DNA of 64,000 nt from Lingula anatina (Eukaryota > Animalia > Brachiopoda): assembly GCA_051362555.1 (NCBI GenBank), contig CM120645.1, positions 15,190,001 to 15,254,000 on the forward strand, in the 5' to 3' direction. Positions 1-11,069 of this stretch are shown one piece after another. A program made the position numbers and the translations under genes. Positions within the stretch are counted from its first letter, which is position 1. Each line of letters starts with the position of its first letter. Below the pieces are notes generated by a model. That model saw only the letters and a list, made by a program, of their open reading frames with translations, had not been told where the DNA came from and did not search any database.

Positions 1-29
1 TCTTTAGAGTAAGAAGAATTTTAATAAGC

Positions 30-689
30 TGATATTCACTCCTCATATATTAGGCATATAGGTGCATGATTTCTCTTTTATCAATTTTTTTTCTAAATTG
101 GCGACACATAATGTAAACATAATGCAAGACTCTATTTCCTCCGTCAACTGAAACGAGCTAAGCTTTACCAAAGTATTGTGCACTCAATTCTAGAATATGC
201 CTGCCCTGTGTGGCATCCAGGACTAACTATAGAGCAATGCAAACTCTAAGAGACTGACCAAACTCGTGCTTTGAAGATTATTTTCCCTGACCTATACTAT
301 GATGAAACCCTGAACCTGGCATATGTGTACTTTAGATAAACGAAGAGATCTGTGCAAAACTTTCTTTTACAAAATAACTGAATCCTCTGACAAACTGAAT
401 CACATCTTTATTGATCAATCCAATCGTCTTTTAAGATCAAACAATAGTAACAAAGTGCCACAATTTAAGACCGACAGATTCTGATGCTCTTTTATTCCGT
501 ATGCACTTTTAAATTTCCAATAGTATTATGTTGTCTTTTATCCTAAGTACAATAATTTTAAAGTTCAATTAGCAGTCTTTTAACTCAGTTTTATTCAAGC
601 AAATATTCACTTTATTTTCATTATAATTTTCTTAACACTATGTACAACTTCAACCCACTGGGTTGCAATCTTAATAAATTATTATTATT
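30..689 (+). mobile_element. 3' fragment of a degenerate L2/CR1-clade LINE (RT C-terminal region and tail)
   Basis: Translates in pieces to YQSIVHSILEYACPVWHPGLT and RALKIIFPDLYYDETL, typical of the region after the RT domain in L2/CR1-type ORF2. Stops and frameshifts are present. Ends in AATAAA plus (TTA)n at ~673-689. Confidence 0.8.
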
Positions 690-706
690 TTGATTTGCTT
701 TTTTAG

Positions 707-737
707 ACCTAAAGGTTATGAGCAACTGCCAGTATGA
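707..737 (+). CDS. Possible terminal coding exon of a gene starting upstream of the window (..PKGYEQLPV* in one frame), followed by a ~1.1 kb 3' UTR
   Basis: Strong acceptor ttgatttgcttttttAG at 705-706 and AATAAA near 1840. Frame cannot be fixed without the upstream exon; another frame gives ..LKVMSNCQYDVLKKSFLHGRGTPWLSTKKR*. Confidence 0.3.
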
Positions 738-2199
738 TGTCCTGAAGAAGAGTTTTTTACATGGAAGAGGAACTCCATGGCTCTCCACCAAAAAAAGATG
801 AACTTTTCTTGAGGGTCCAAAGCGGGGACGAGTTGGATAGTGAGAGACTTTTCCTGACTTTCGAGTGCTGCTTACAGGATATATTCAGTGAACTCATCTT
901 GCCAATGTGACAAAGCATAATCTGCTGACTTCAAACCATCTAGCACTTACATGTATGCTATAATGCAGACAGATTGGAAATCAAGGTGGTCTTTCCTCCC
1001 AAACCTAAGTCATATGCCTGATATTGAGAATAAACCATTTTGGTCCAGCATTTACTTCTTAAATCTAAATGACATCAAATGTATTATGGAATATGGTACT
1101 GGTGGCATATTGTGATTTCAACTTGATTTTAAACCAGTGTGTTGTTAGATTTTGTAAGATCACCAGTTGCAGTTTTGTGACTTTGTTACAGCATAAAATT
1201 CTGTATTTGGCAAATGACTGCATGTCATTTCTTTTAAGACCTACAAAAATGGTTTGAGTGAACACTTGTGCCTGTATTCAATTCTGCACTCAGCCATTAT
1301 TTAGAATTCATGCAGGGAAGCCATGCCTGTATTTTTTAAAGAAATATTTATACCTTTCTATTTATTCCCTGCACATCTTGGAAAAGTATGTGTGAATATC
1401 TTACTGATGAAACAATTTATGTTTGTGTAAGTTGGGTTGGTCCTTTCTTATGACACATCCCTTTGCATGGAGACTTTTGTGTCAGCTCACATGAGTCAAT
1501 ACACTGACAGAGAGGGGGATAATTTGTTGATCTGCAATCCTCATGGGTCTGCATGTACATCAGACTCTTAACATGATAGCCTGGCTATTAATAAGTCTCT
1601 CTCAAAAATGTTATCATACTATAATGTGTACTGCACAATGTGAAAGTTTGTGAATGCTTGAATAGAAGGCTTATTTATGAAGATGGCATTAATGAGTATG
1701 AAAATAATTATGCATTCTAGCTTACAGAATCTGTGTATGTCTTATTCATTACATGTGACAGGTAATAATAAAGATGATTTGGCCAAATTCCAAACTTATG
1801 TAGCAAACTTTGTTTATTCTTGTATTTTTGCCAAATATAAATAAAAGATGTTTCAATATTTAAACTTTTATTTCATTCATAATCTCTACCCAGTTAATGC
1901 TACATTGATACTGCAGCTTATGCTTTGTACATAACAATATGTTAATTAATAATAACAGTTGGATAGTACATGTTAATTTACTAAAGGGCAAGTTCTTAGA
2001 AAAACATGTTCGACATAAAAATATATTCTAAAAAAGTTTTCAAGTATTGCATTAGAATTGAATCTTTGGATGTATTTGACAAAATTATAAAATTATTGAA
2101 GAGTTGACAATGCACAGAAAATAAAGGCCTTGAGGCTCTCGCTGATCTCAGTCTTGTCACTTTAAATACATGTACATGGGCATTATAATATAAAACTGT

Positions 2200-2357
2200 T
2201 CACTCGGTTTTGGTAAAAGGTGGTGGATCATGTGGTCATCGCTGCAAATTTTTGGTAGCAGTCTTTTACACAACTTGTCACACCGACATTGAAGTGATGC
2301 AGTATTGTAAGATTGGAGTGCTTCCTGGTATGAGTTTTCCAGACATAACTTGAGGCA
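2200..2357 (-). mobile_element. Short L2/CR1-type LINE ORF2 fragment, possibly exonised
   Basis: Minus strand reads CLKLCLENSYQEALQSYNTASLQCRCDKLCKRLLPKICSDDHMIHHLLPKP, the same kind of RT C-terminal motif as the LINE at 30-689. It starts directly after an acceptor (ttttactattacAG, 2358-2359). Confidence 0.55.
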
Positions 2358-3033
2358 CTGTAATAGTAAAATTACATAAAATGGTTATAAAGAAAAAAAT
2401 GTATTGATATTATCATAACAGCACTATTCTTTAACAAAAATCAACAAATTAGAGGGCATGATCACTACATGATAACCAGCTTATTATAAAGAAGCAAGTC
2501 TGATTATGGCAAAAAAAAAAAAAAAATTAAATTTAAATATCTGCAGCTGCATTAAATCATAAAGGCCACAAGAAGAAATAACATAATCACACATGGTTTC
2601 AAAGAACTGATGTAAAAAAATCACACTAATATTCCCCACTTGGAATTAGAATTTTGACTAGCTAATTTACTACAGTAAAGTGCTAAACCGTACCAAATGG
2701 CACTGTTCACCCTCTAAAATACCAAAGTTTTAAGCAGGCCCAAGACCCCACGCCAACTAGGGGGGGTCGGCTTTGCATCCGCGGACCCCCCCCCCCCCCC
2801 CCCTTTCAAATAATCCTGGATCCGCCCATGTTATACTGCTAAAATTATTAACATACCTGATCTCTTCACTCGTGCTTGAAGGGGTGTATCACCCAATTCC
2901 TCCTCTGAAAGGCTAAAAAATCATTCCTTATAATCATATTCATTGACAATATTATTAACTAAATTTACAAATAAGCTAACGTAGTTACGTGCCGTACAAA
3001 GAACACCCTCTAACCCCACTAGTACTCGAGTTA

Positions 3034-3160
3034 CATTGTATATCTCATGGGATTCCCCTGCGAGAATATGGTGTGAGGTTAGTCTGTAAGTACTGGTAGA
3101 TGACCACATTGAGCAGAAAAGGGTATTCCTCCTGCTTTACAGAACTATACACCTCAGGGG
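3034..3160 (-). ncRNA. Candidate intronic box H/ACA-like RNA with a branched 5' domain
   Basis: Minus strand: ~16-bp stem (UGAGGU-UAG-UCUGUAA / UUACAGACUAACCUCA) closing two hairpins, then ANANNA box ACACCA (3074-3069), a short hairpin, and ACA (3039-3037) plus 3 nt. G-U pairs favour the minus strand. An extra hairpin may extend it to ~3230. Confidence 0.5.
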
Positions 3161-3419
3161 TAAAGTGCACTATCTCGCTTCATATAACTAGTAGTACGTA
3201 CCCAGTGCGAGTGATTTAGCTGCGAGTGCGTTACCCGAGGAAACGTTAATTATTAGCAGTTATCTACGCTTTTTAACTTCCTCTGCCAGACATTTTGATT
3301 TCCACTGCCATCTTCCCATTTTAAAGTACTTTTGGTAAATATAACTCGCTTACCTGCAAAGATTCGGTGAGCAATTCCTCTTCTCCTTCACGTCCACGCT
3401 CACCTTCGAAACGACATGC

Positions 3420-3513
3420 TGTCTGCATTGTTTACATCTCGTATCTGAGTCGAGAAGCCGCGTTATTTCAAACTGTGTCAAGATGGCTGACGCCCGGGGT
3501 TCGAAAGTGGACG
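3420..3513. promoter_or_regulatory. Bidirectional promoter / first-exon region shared by RD3 (+) and the non-coding transcript (-)
   Basis: Local CpG enrichment, YY1-like AAGATGGC at 3480-3487, and outward-facing donors at 3514 (+) and 3353 (-). Confidence 0.5.
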
Positions 3514-4912
3514 GTGAATATGATTCTTTTTTTCGATATTGATTAAGGCCATTTACCTGCCATTTTATGCTTTACCCATAGCAATTGTTCTCAGATAAGT
3601 TAAAAAAGAAGCAATCCATGCACTAAAAAGGCGTTTTTAATCCTATTTTTTGTCCCTTTAAGTTATATTGTTGTGTTTGAATTATTTTGCTAAATACATG
3701 TGGACAAACACACTGTAGACAAAACGCATTTGAATGCAGAGAGAGAGGGAATGTTCTTACTTTTCCAGTAGACTAGTGTGCTAACATGTAAAAAGTACTT
3801 ATGGAGTAATATAGCATGAGTGATGGGTTGGGTTGAATAATATGCTATGTTTGATAAAGTACATGATCGATTGATCTGTTGATACAATTAACACTTTATA
3901 GGAAGGATGCTATATGAGTGATGGTGTAGATTGCATACATTTATTTGAAGAATGGCCTCTAACTTACTTTTGATTTGGTCTTTCTGGGGTCTAACTATCA
4001 GCGGAAATATCCATTCAGGTATTTTGCCTTAATATACATGTATGTGTGTATGTGTTACCTAGAATTTAAGGTCAGATATTTGTAGTGCATTTAAGATTAG
4101 TTTTAGTTAAAGGGTTACAGGTTTTGGACACAAATTAATTAATAAGTGGGGTTTTGTTTAAAAGGATCTTGCTATTAAAGAAAAAAATCTGAAAAGCATG
4201 TCAGAAAGAACAATTTTTGAAGGATAAATATTGGTAAATCTTGAAAAAATAGATATATTGGAACTAATGATGCATTTTAAATAAGTAAACTTTGACTGTG
4301 ATGGACGTCCAAGTACAGAACATGTCATGGTTCTGTATCATAACAGAATTTTCCCAATTGTTTCCATTTAAGATAAGTTCCTGAAAAATACAGTGTATGA
4401 CTCAACATGTGCAGCAAATTATTGCTGTTTCACTCTTTTAGTGGTTGTGTGGTAATTTCTTTTTCTGGGAAAATTCAGTTTTTAGATGTTAGAAACGTAC
4501 TAAATGGTACTATCAGATGCTTCTTTCTGTCTAGTGCAAAGTAATCTGTCTTCTGTTAAGTAAAAACAGAGACCTCACTTCCCAGGTTTTTGGGCTTCAG
4601 AAATCAATTAAGCTATCACTAAAATTATTCTCTTCTCGGGATTACCTTAGCTTAGGCAAATAATCCGCGCATTGAGGCGTCAAGAGAATAGCAATGATGT
4701 GTGAAGCAGTTTAGTAGAAGGGAAAATTAGTACTTCATGTGAGTTGAAATGTGATGCACTGCTCTCTTCTTTCAGATAATCATTCTGAAGCAGATGAAAG
4801 CCTCTCTGCTTGTGAGAGATAGGGGTTAATGGTTTGAGAATTGGGAGGATGGTACAGCCAAGGAGGAATTTGTATTTGTCAGTATTAGGGGAAATGAGGA
4901 AGGTAAGGGTCT

Positions 4913-4914
<2 letters not shown>

Positions 4915-4988
<74 letters not shown>

Positions 4989-4994
4989 CGTGTG
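4915..4994. repeat. Compound (CT)n(GT)n microsatellite
   Basis: Directly visible. Confidence 0.95.
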
Positions 4995-5967
4995 AAAGTG
5001 TAATAATAGATTGAAAAAAGGTTTAAAAAAATGCATACAGATGAACAAAGAATGCATACAGGCAAACACTGGTATGATACTTAATACAAAATTGCTAAGA
5101 GAGATTGACAGGAAATTGAAGTCAACTGTTTCTTCAGCTTTCTCTTTTATATGTACTTACTAGTATATATATTTTTGTGCTGTAAAACATGGACTTTGAA
5201 TTAGAAATATATGTCATTTGTAGTCAACTCAATTCATCTTCTGGTATTAAAGATTCAATAAATGCAAAGTCACGGCAGTTGACACCAAAATCTGTGCATT
5301 CTAAATGGTAATTTCCCCGTTTGATTGTATTGTAATTCAGCTGAGAAGTCAATACTGACCCCGTTGGATTGTTAGTGAGGTTTATATGATTGGAAACATC
5401 TCCATATACCTGCCAGGTAGAAATCTCAAGACATAGGACACTGGAGAGGCTTTGAAGGACAGAAAGGTTAGTTACTGGTGACAGTGGGAATAATATTCAG
5501 AAGAAGAGTCATGACCTTTCACTCATTCACATGAGTTTATTCTTTACTGGTTATTTACGTAGTGATTAATTTAAAGCAAGACTTAAACAGTTATATTTAT
5601 TATATGTACATGTAGAACATGTAGAGTGCCATATTAGAGGTTCTACCTGTCGCAGTAGTATTTGTAGTAATTAAGATGTGAGGTTCATGGCTTTTTGTCA
5701 GCCTTGGCTAAGATTATTAACCTGATTGCAATTGACCATGTTGATTGCATGATTATACTGTGATTATACTGTGACACTGGCACATGAATGTACTGTACTG
5801 TATAATATGAATAGTTTTTAAGTAAAGAAGGCAAACCTGGTTGTGAAAAATAGTTCAATTAAAAAAATTACATGGCTTCAATTTTACCTCTAAATTTATT
5901 TCCATTACCATAACAGTAATAAATGTGTGTAAATGAAAATAATAATTGCCATGGGTAGAAGTGATAT

Positions 5968-5973
<6 letters not shown>

Positions 5974-6010
<37 letters not shown>
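5974..6010. repeat. (ATT)n microsatellite
   Basis: Directly visible. Confidence 0.95.
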
Positions 6011-6012
<2 letters not shown>

Positions 6013-6521
6013 ATTTATGATTTAAAAATCAATTTATTTATTTTTTTTATTTGTTTGTTTAATTATTTTTTATTATTTTATGTTATTTTTTATTTGAGTG
6101 CAATGTTAAATATTTCATTCCAGCTGATAAGTTGGTATTTAGTTTTCCTGTCATACAGCATGGTGGTTTCCCTACGATTTTACATCTATAGAAAAATGAC
6201 AAAAAAGATCAAATTCAGAAAAATTTTGCACAATGGTTGACATTTTAAGAAACACATGAAGAGGGCTTCACTTTACCTTGTGTTCAGCTTATAGAGTTGG
6301 TTACAATGTATTGCGTCACGATATCAGACTGTGTTATGGGTTTTTTTAATTATTTTAAAGATGATTAATCTGAAACGAGGCTTCAGTCGCAAATATATTT
6401 GCAAGTAGGGATTTAATTTTCATACCTTAAATGTTTTTGCTATTTTTACAGACAATAGGACATACAGGTCAATAGATAAACAATCCAAGGAGACAGGAAG
6501 AACATCTATCATTTTAGAATA

Positions 6522-7115
6522 ATGTCATGGACGACCTGGTTGAAAATATGGAACAGAGATTCGCCCTCACGGCCAGTAGAGAAAAATGACAGCGTGATGG
6601 TGGCGGAATCCCTCATGTCAGAACTTGATTTTCAAATCCATGAGGCGGAGGAGTTGAAATTTCACAAAGAGCAAGAAGCTCGGCGCCAAAAGACGGGGGT
6701 GGATTATTCGTGGTTGGTGACAACGCCACCAAAAACCTTCAAAATTCCACCTGGAATGAGATTAGAATTGGAGCAGATGGCCAGTCGAGTTCGACCAAGC
6801 GAATGCAGCACTGTATTGACTTCATTTAGGGACGCCCTTTTACAAGAACCAGAGGTGTTCGAAATCCCCCACATCATGCGCGCATGCATTCAGCACGTGT
6901 TGTCGCGGCAACCTGTGCCTTCAGAGACGTGGGTAGATTGGGTCGGGCGCAGGACGCAAAGTTTGTCGAACATACGTCTGAGGTCCAGTCCCAAAGTATT
7001 GCCAGTGCAGGAGGAGATGGAACTGCAGAGAAAACCACAAGACAAGTGCCCTTCTAGTCAAAGTATGCCAGACTTTAGGTGTGCATCAGCTCAGGGTGGG
7101 GACTTGGATGTATGA
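6522..7115 (+). CDS. RD3: Protein RD3 (retinal degeneration 3) family, 197 aa, single coding exon
   Basis: Motifs W..W, LMSELDFQI, GVDYSWL, RLELEQMASRVRPSECSTVLTSFR match the RD3/RD3L family. Acceptor at 6450-6451. Candidate upstream UTR exons at ~3480-3513, 3902-4018 and 5341-5467. Confidence 0.9.
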   Translation: MSWTTWLKIWNRDSPSRPVEKNDSVMVAESLMSELDFQIHEAEELKFHKEQEARRQKTGVDYSWLVTTPPKTFKIPPGMRLELEQMASRVRPSECSTVLTSFRDALLQEPEVFEIPHIMRACIQHVLSRQPVPSETWVDWVGRRTQSLSNIRLRSSPKVLPVQEEMELQRKPQDKCPSSQSMPDFRCASAQGGDLDV

Positions 7116-8925
7116 GCAAACTTGGGTTTTACAATAGATAAATTTAGAATAATAATGATAATGATGATAAAGTGTTATCATAATTTATTCAGCTAACACA
7201 TACAAAATGTACATCAGTAATTGGTTTCTGCCAGAGCTCTTAAAAGTAAAATATAAAATCATGAAAATATTAGATGTAAAAAAGATTAATTAATATATTT
7301 AAAAAGACAATTGGATTAAAAATAAGAGTTAACACAAAAAAATAGCTGAAGTAGGGTAAAAGCTCTTTAGAAATCTTTCTCCCTTTAAAAGTTTAAACGT
7401 CTCTGATGTATAAGCAAACTTGGATCAGACCTGCAAACTTGGATTTGCTCTTGCTTATCTTTATGAGAATACTTGGGATTAAGGAGATGGTGCATTTGGT
7501 TGTATGATCCAATTAGGATCAAGGTTGTTGTTTTTTTTTATTATTATTCTTTGAAATAAACCTCTGGCCCAGTGCAGTGCTGGCAGTGAAAATGGTGGCT
7601 GCAAAAACCTGTGAATGCTGATTATTTGCACTTGCAGCCGCCATATTGGTATTGGAGACTAGATTTTTGTCTGTTATTGAAATTTGTCCTTTTGTAGTAA
7701 CTTGTGTATCTGTTATGTGTCTCAGATAAATTTATATTGGTGCTCTTTGATATTTGTAGTCCAGATACTGTAGAAAAATTATAATATACTCCACATTGCC
7801 TTCTGGTTCTCAGTGTACAAGATGTAAATAATTAAGCAGATGCAGAGCCTGAGACGTCTGCCTACATTTTACAAAGACATTGGCGGTTTTAGCCCAAGTA
7901 GTTTATCAGAAAAGGAAGAAGAGACTGTTTTGAGATGGGATAGACTGTGAAACTTAGAATATTTGAAAACATATTTATTTTAGTGGCCAGTTATCTAATC
8001 ATGTAAATTATCCAATTTTATTCTAGGTAGTGCCAGGTTACTTCTGAGCATTATTGGATATTGACATTAACTTTGATTTAAAATGTCTGCAAGTTGATAC
8101 CATACTCACTTCATTCCATATTTCTTTAAGAAAGAACTTTAGTTTAAAATGCAGCGTAGCCATTTCAAGTAAGGTTGTGCCACGGACTTTTCAGAATAAA
8201 GCTAACTAGTAGTCTAGTTTTTAGTTTAGAAAACATTAAGTGTCTGACTTTGATTGTACCGTGTACATCCAGAAAAAAATCAATAAACTCAACTCTTCTT
8301 ACTGGTGTAAGAAAAATACATGTTTTTCTCCATGACAATATTTCAGTCATCTTTTGAAATGCACAGTTCGATGGCTTCCTGCATTTTGTTCCGACTGAAA
8401 GGAATCTTGTTTTTTTAGGTACCCTTCTAAAAAAAGCTGACGGTGAAGCAAAAAAAAATGGATAAGTACACAATTTTTCCTTTTAAGAATCACCTGATCC
8501 CCTCCCCAGCAATAAGTGATTATTTCTTAAATGTATAACTAATCCCTGCAATACAATTTACGTGTATATTTTAGTAACTGGATCAATCGTTATTGTTTTA
8601 TTTTTTTTATGTGTTCGGTGTACATACATCCAGTTGCTTGTTCATTTTGTATTTATAATCAACATCACTGACGTAATGATTCTCACAGCAACACACAGTA
8701 CGAGAATATCAGTGACACCCAAGTCTAAAAGCCATCCAAAAAATGGTCATGTTTTAGCAATTGCTCTGAAATTAAAGGTACAGTTTACTAAATAATTAAC
8801 AAATTACAGATTTAGTTCCTTGAAAACTAGACGCAACCAAGTTACATTACAGAATACAAAAAATGAAATAAGGTCCACAGATGTATTCACTAACTGGCAA
8901 ACGCCCGATGGCTGCCCTCTTCCCG

Positions 8926-9271
8926 GTGTCACGAAACTGAGGGTCCGTGTGACAGAAAGTCCGCCTTCCATATACTTTTAATGGTTAGGGTTAGTCTGAC
9001 CTAAGTGGCCATGGGTCAAAATCTAGGGCGAGGCTCACCTGTACAAAGTAATGGAAAGCGGGTTCTCTGTCACGGGGGGCTTTCTGGTACGTACATGACA
9101 CCGGTCTGACAGGAAATGGAAGTCCGGGATCTCGTATGATTAGTACAGGTTAGGATTGGTAGCAGTATTAGGGTAAGTACGTATATACATGTTTGTGGGC
9201 CAATGTCATCACCTGTACAAAGCAATGGGGAACGGACTACGGTTCCCAGTGGACTTCTATTCCTGTTACAC
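8926..9271. mobile_element. Two tandem related MITE-like elements (8926-9101 and 9104-9271), each flanked by CG
   Basis: Unit 1 GTGTCA..TGACAC. Unit 2 GTCTGACAGGAAATGGAAGTCC..GGACTTCTATTCCTGTTACAC (imperfect TIR). Both share internal CACCTGTACAAAG.AATGG and GGTTAGG motifs. Unit 1 recurs inverted at ~49590-49720 and 53933-54099. Confidence 0.75.
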
Positions 9272-9663
9272 CGTCCTTGCATTGACGGGCACCGTCACAA
9301 AGTGATCGCCTTCATTTTTGCACCTGTCCTGAACTGTCGACTGGTATCTCTTCAAGCACTCCAAAATGACAGGACATATTGGACATTTCAATCATCATTT
9401 TTTTTCTTGATATTCATCTGAAATTTCTTTGAGAGCAGGAAGGCATTTTGCAACCACAAACCACCAAAGTCGTCTTCACATCAGGTGGAATTGATAACAT
9501 TGATTTTAACCCCTCAACAACAAATGCGTCCTCTTCGTCACACTTGTAATATGGTTAATTTTTATATCGGAGAAATTATCCAAAGCAAGCGGTTGGAAAC
9601 CCTTATCCCCAGCATTACACAAAGGGACCAGAAAAAGAACCCCTAAAACAGCAGTGTGTATCT

Positions 9664-9830
9664 CAGGGGCGGATCCAGAGATATTTTCTGACAGTCTTCC
9701 AAATTATCCTTGTTAATTCGTCCTCAATTTTGACCGTCTTCCGACAGAAAATATTAGATATCCGTCAATGTAAACTTAAAAATCTGACCGTCTTCCGGAA
9801 GACCCAAAAGACGGCCTAAATCCGCCCCTG
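9664..9830. mobile_element. MITE with CAGGGGCGGAT TIRs and a 5-bp TSD (TATCT)
   Basis: TATCT|CAGGGGCGGAT...ATCCGCCCCTG|TATCT with internal TGACCGTCTTCC repeats. A related terminus (GGATCCGCCCATG) is at ~2818-2830. Confidence 0.8.
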
Positions 9831-11069
9831 TATCTTGTGTGTGAACCATTTGGATATGGAAAAATTCCAAGTTTTTAAACCTTTCCATGCAATGAATATT
9901 ACCTTGGTATTTTCCGTACGAATTAGATATATACTAAACGCTATTTGAATCCAATACAGTACAATTGGGCTCTAATGAAACACATTTATTGAAATTTTGT
10001 TGTTTTGAAATCTCCGTACGTTTGTTTGTACAGTCTGCATGCTTGGCTCTATTTTAAAAATGCAATATCCTTTTAAGATACTGGTAGATAAGATTTTGAA
10101 TTGCCGCCTAAATTTTTTTTCCGACAAGAACCCACGTGCTTTATCTTTGAGCGCGATTTTACCTTATTCGTGCCTTATTCGTATATGTTTATGCGATTCT
10201 CTTTTGTCAGCCCATTCTCAAATTTCTCCAATTTAAATACTCATTATTTTCTATTCATTATCAAATTCCCATAAAATAATGTTTTGAACTTTTTTTTTTT
10301 TTTTTTTTTTTGCAAAATTTAGACTAATTCAATTTTTAATCAAAAATAAAAAAGGCTTTCACACGAGCAACGGATTTGGCAATTTTTTTAAGATAAACAA
10401 TTATCTTTTTTCCTTGGCATACATGGTGTATATGGGCACGCACGCACACAAACACAGAGAGAGAGAGAGAGGGGGGAGATACACACATACACACCAATAA
10501 ACAACGTACTCTTTCTTTTAAAGCAAGTATCACAAAAAAAAATGAAAAAAAGAAAACGCCACAGTTGTTCTGGTCAAGTTTATTTTATTGCCTTTTCTAC
10601 ACATATGAAAGCAATATATGGCACCTTCTAATTATATGCATAATATCAACAAACGCCTCAGAAATAATTTTAGTACGGTAAATATCGGTTTTCATTGCCA
10701 GTCTCTGATTTGTCCTCAAAAAGAATTAAAACTCTCATGATGTATTGTGCGACTATCGTTATTGGTAAGAAAAACATAAATGACATCTGGGATACGGGAG
10801 ATTTCTTCACCTGCCGCACTGGACCACTGCTGAGCTATCCATGTTGGCATTCCCATATTCAATGAACGAAGAACCTAAAAGACAACGGGAAAGGTACTGA
10901 TAAAACATTCTTGCACTATTAATACATCTACTACAACTTTTATAGCCCTATTCACAACAGAAAAAAGAAGGCAACGAAGAATATTGGTTGTTTGAGATGT
11001 CTTCTGTCTTCAACTGGTGTCTTCAGTTGATTGCCGATGGAAGACCTAGGGCGATGTACATATGTACCT

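Larger units (their letters stand above)
2200..3440 (-). ncRNA. Putative spliced non-coding transcript (candidate snoRNA host gene) divergent from RD3
   Basis: Exon 1 ~3440-3354 (donor CAG|gtaagc), exon 2 2912 or 2904 to 2857 (donor CAG|gtatgt), exon 3 from 2357. The ATG-initiated frame MQTACRFEGERGREGEEELLTESLQ stops within exon 2 with either acceptor. Confidence 0.5.

Noticed and set aside
2857-2904. Peptide EELGDTPLQARVKRS (furin-like site) as a neuropeptide precursor exon
   Set aside because: The upstream exon supplies neither a matching phase from an ATG nor a signal peptide.
3034-3480. H/ACA-like RNA as telomerase RNA
   Set aside because: The architecture resembles CR4/5 plus H/ACA, but there is no CUAACCCU template on the minus strand upstream and the small hairpin loop (CAUCU) lacks the conserved P6.1 U/G.
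4680-5069. ORFs with HTHT/RERE runs (also 46637-46819 and 47832-48433)
   Set aside because: Translations of dinucleotide microsatellites.
8983-8994. CTAACCCTAACC on the minus strand as a telomerase RNA template
   Set aside because: It lies inside a MITE that recurs at ~49590 and ~53933, and no pseudoknot or H/ACA domain is linked to it.
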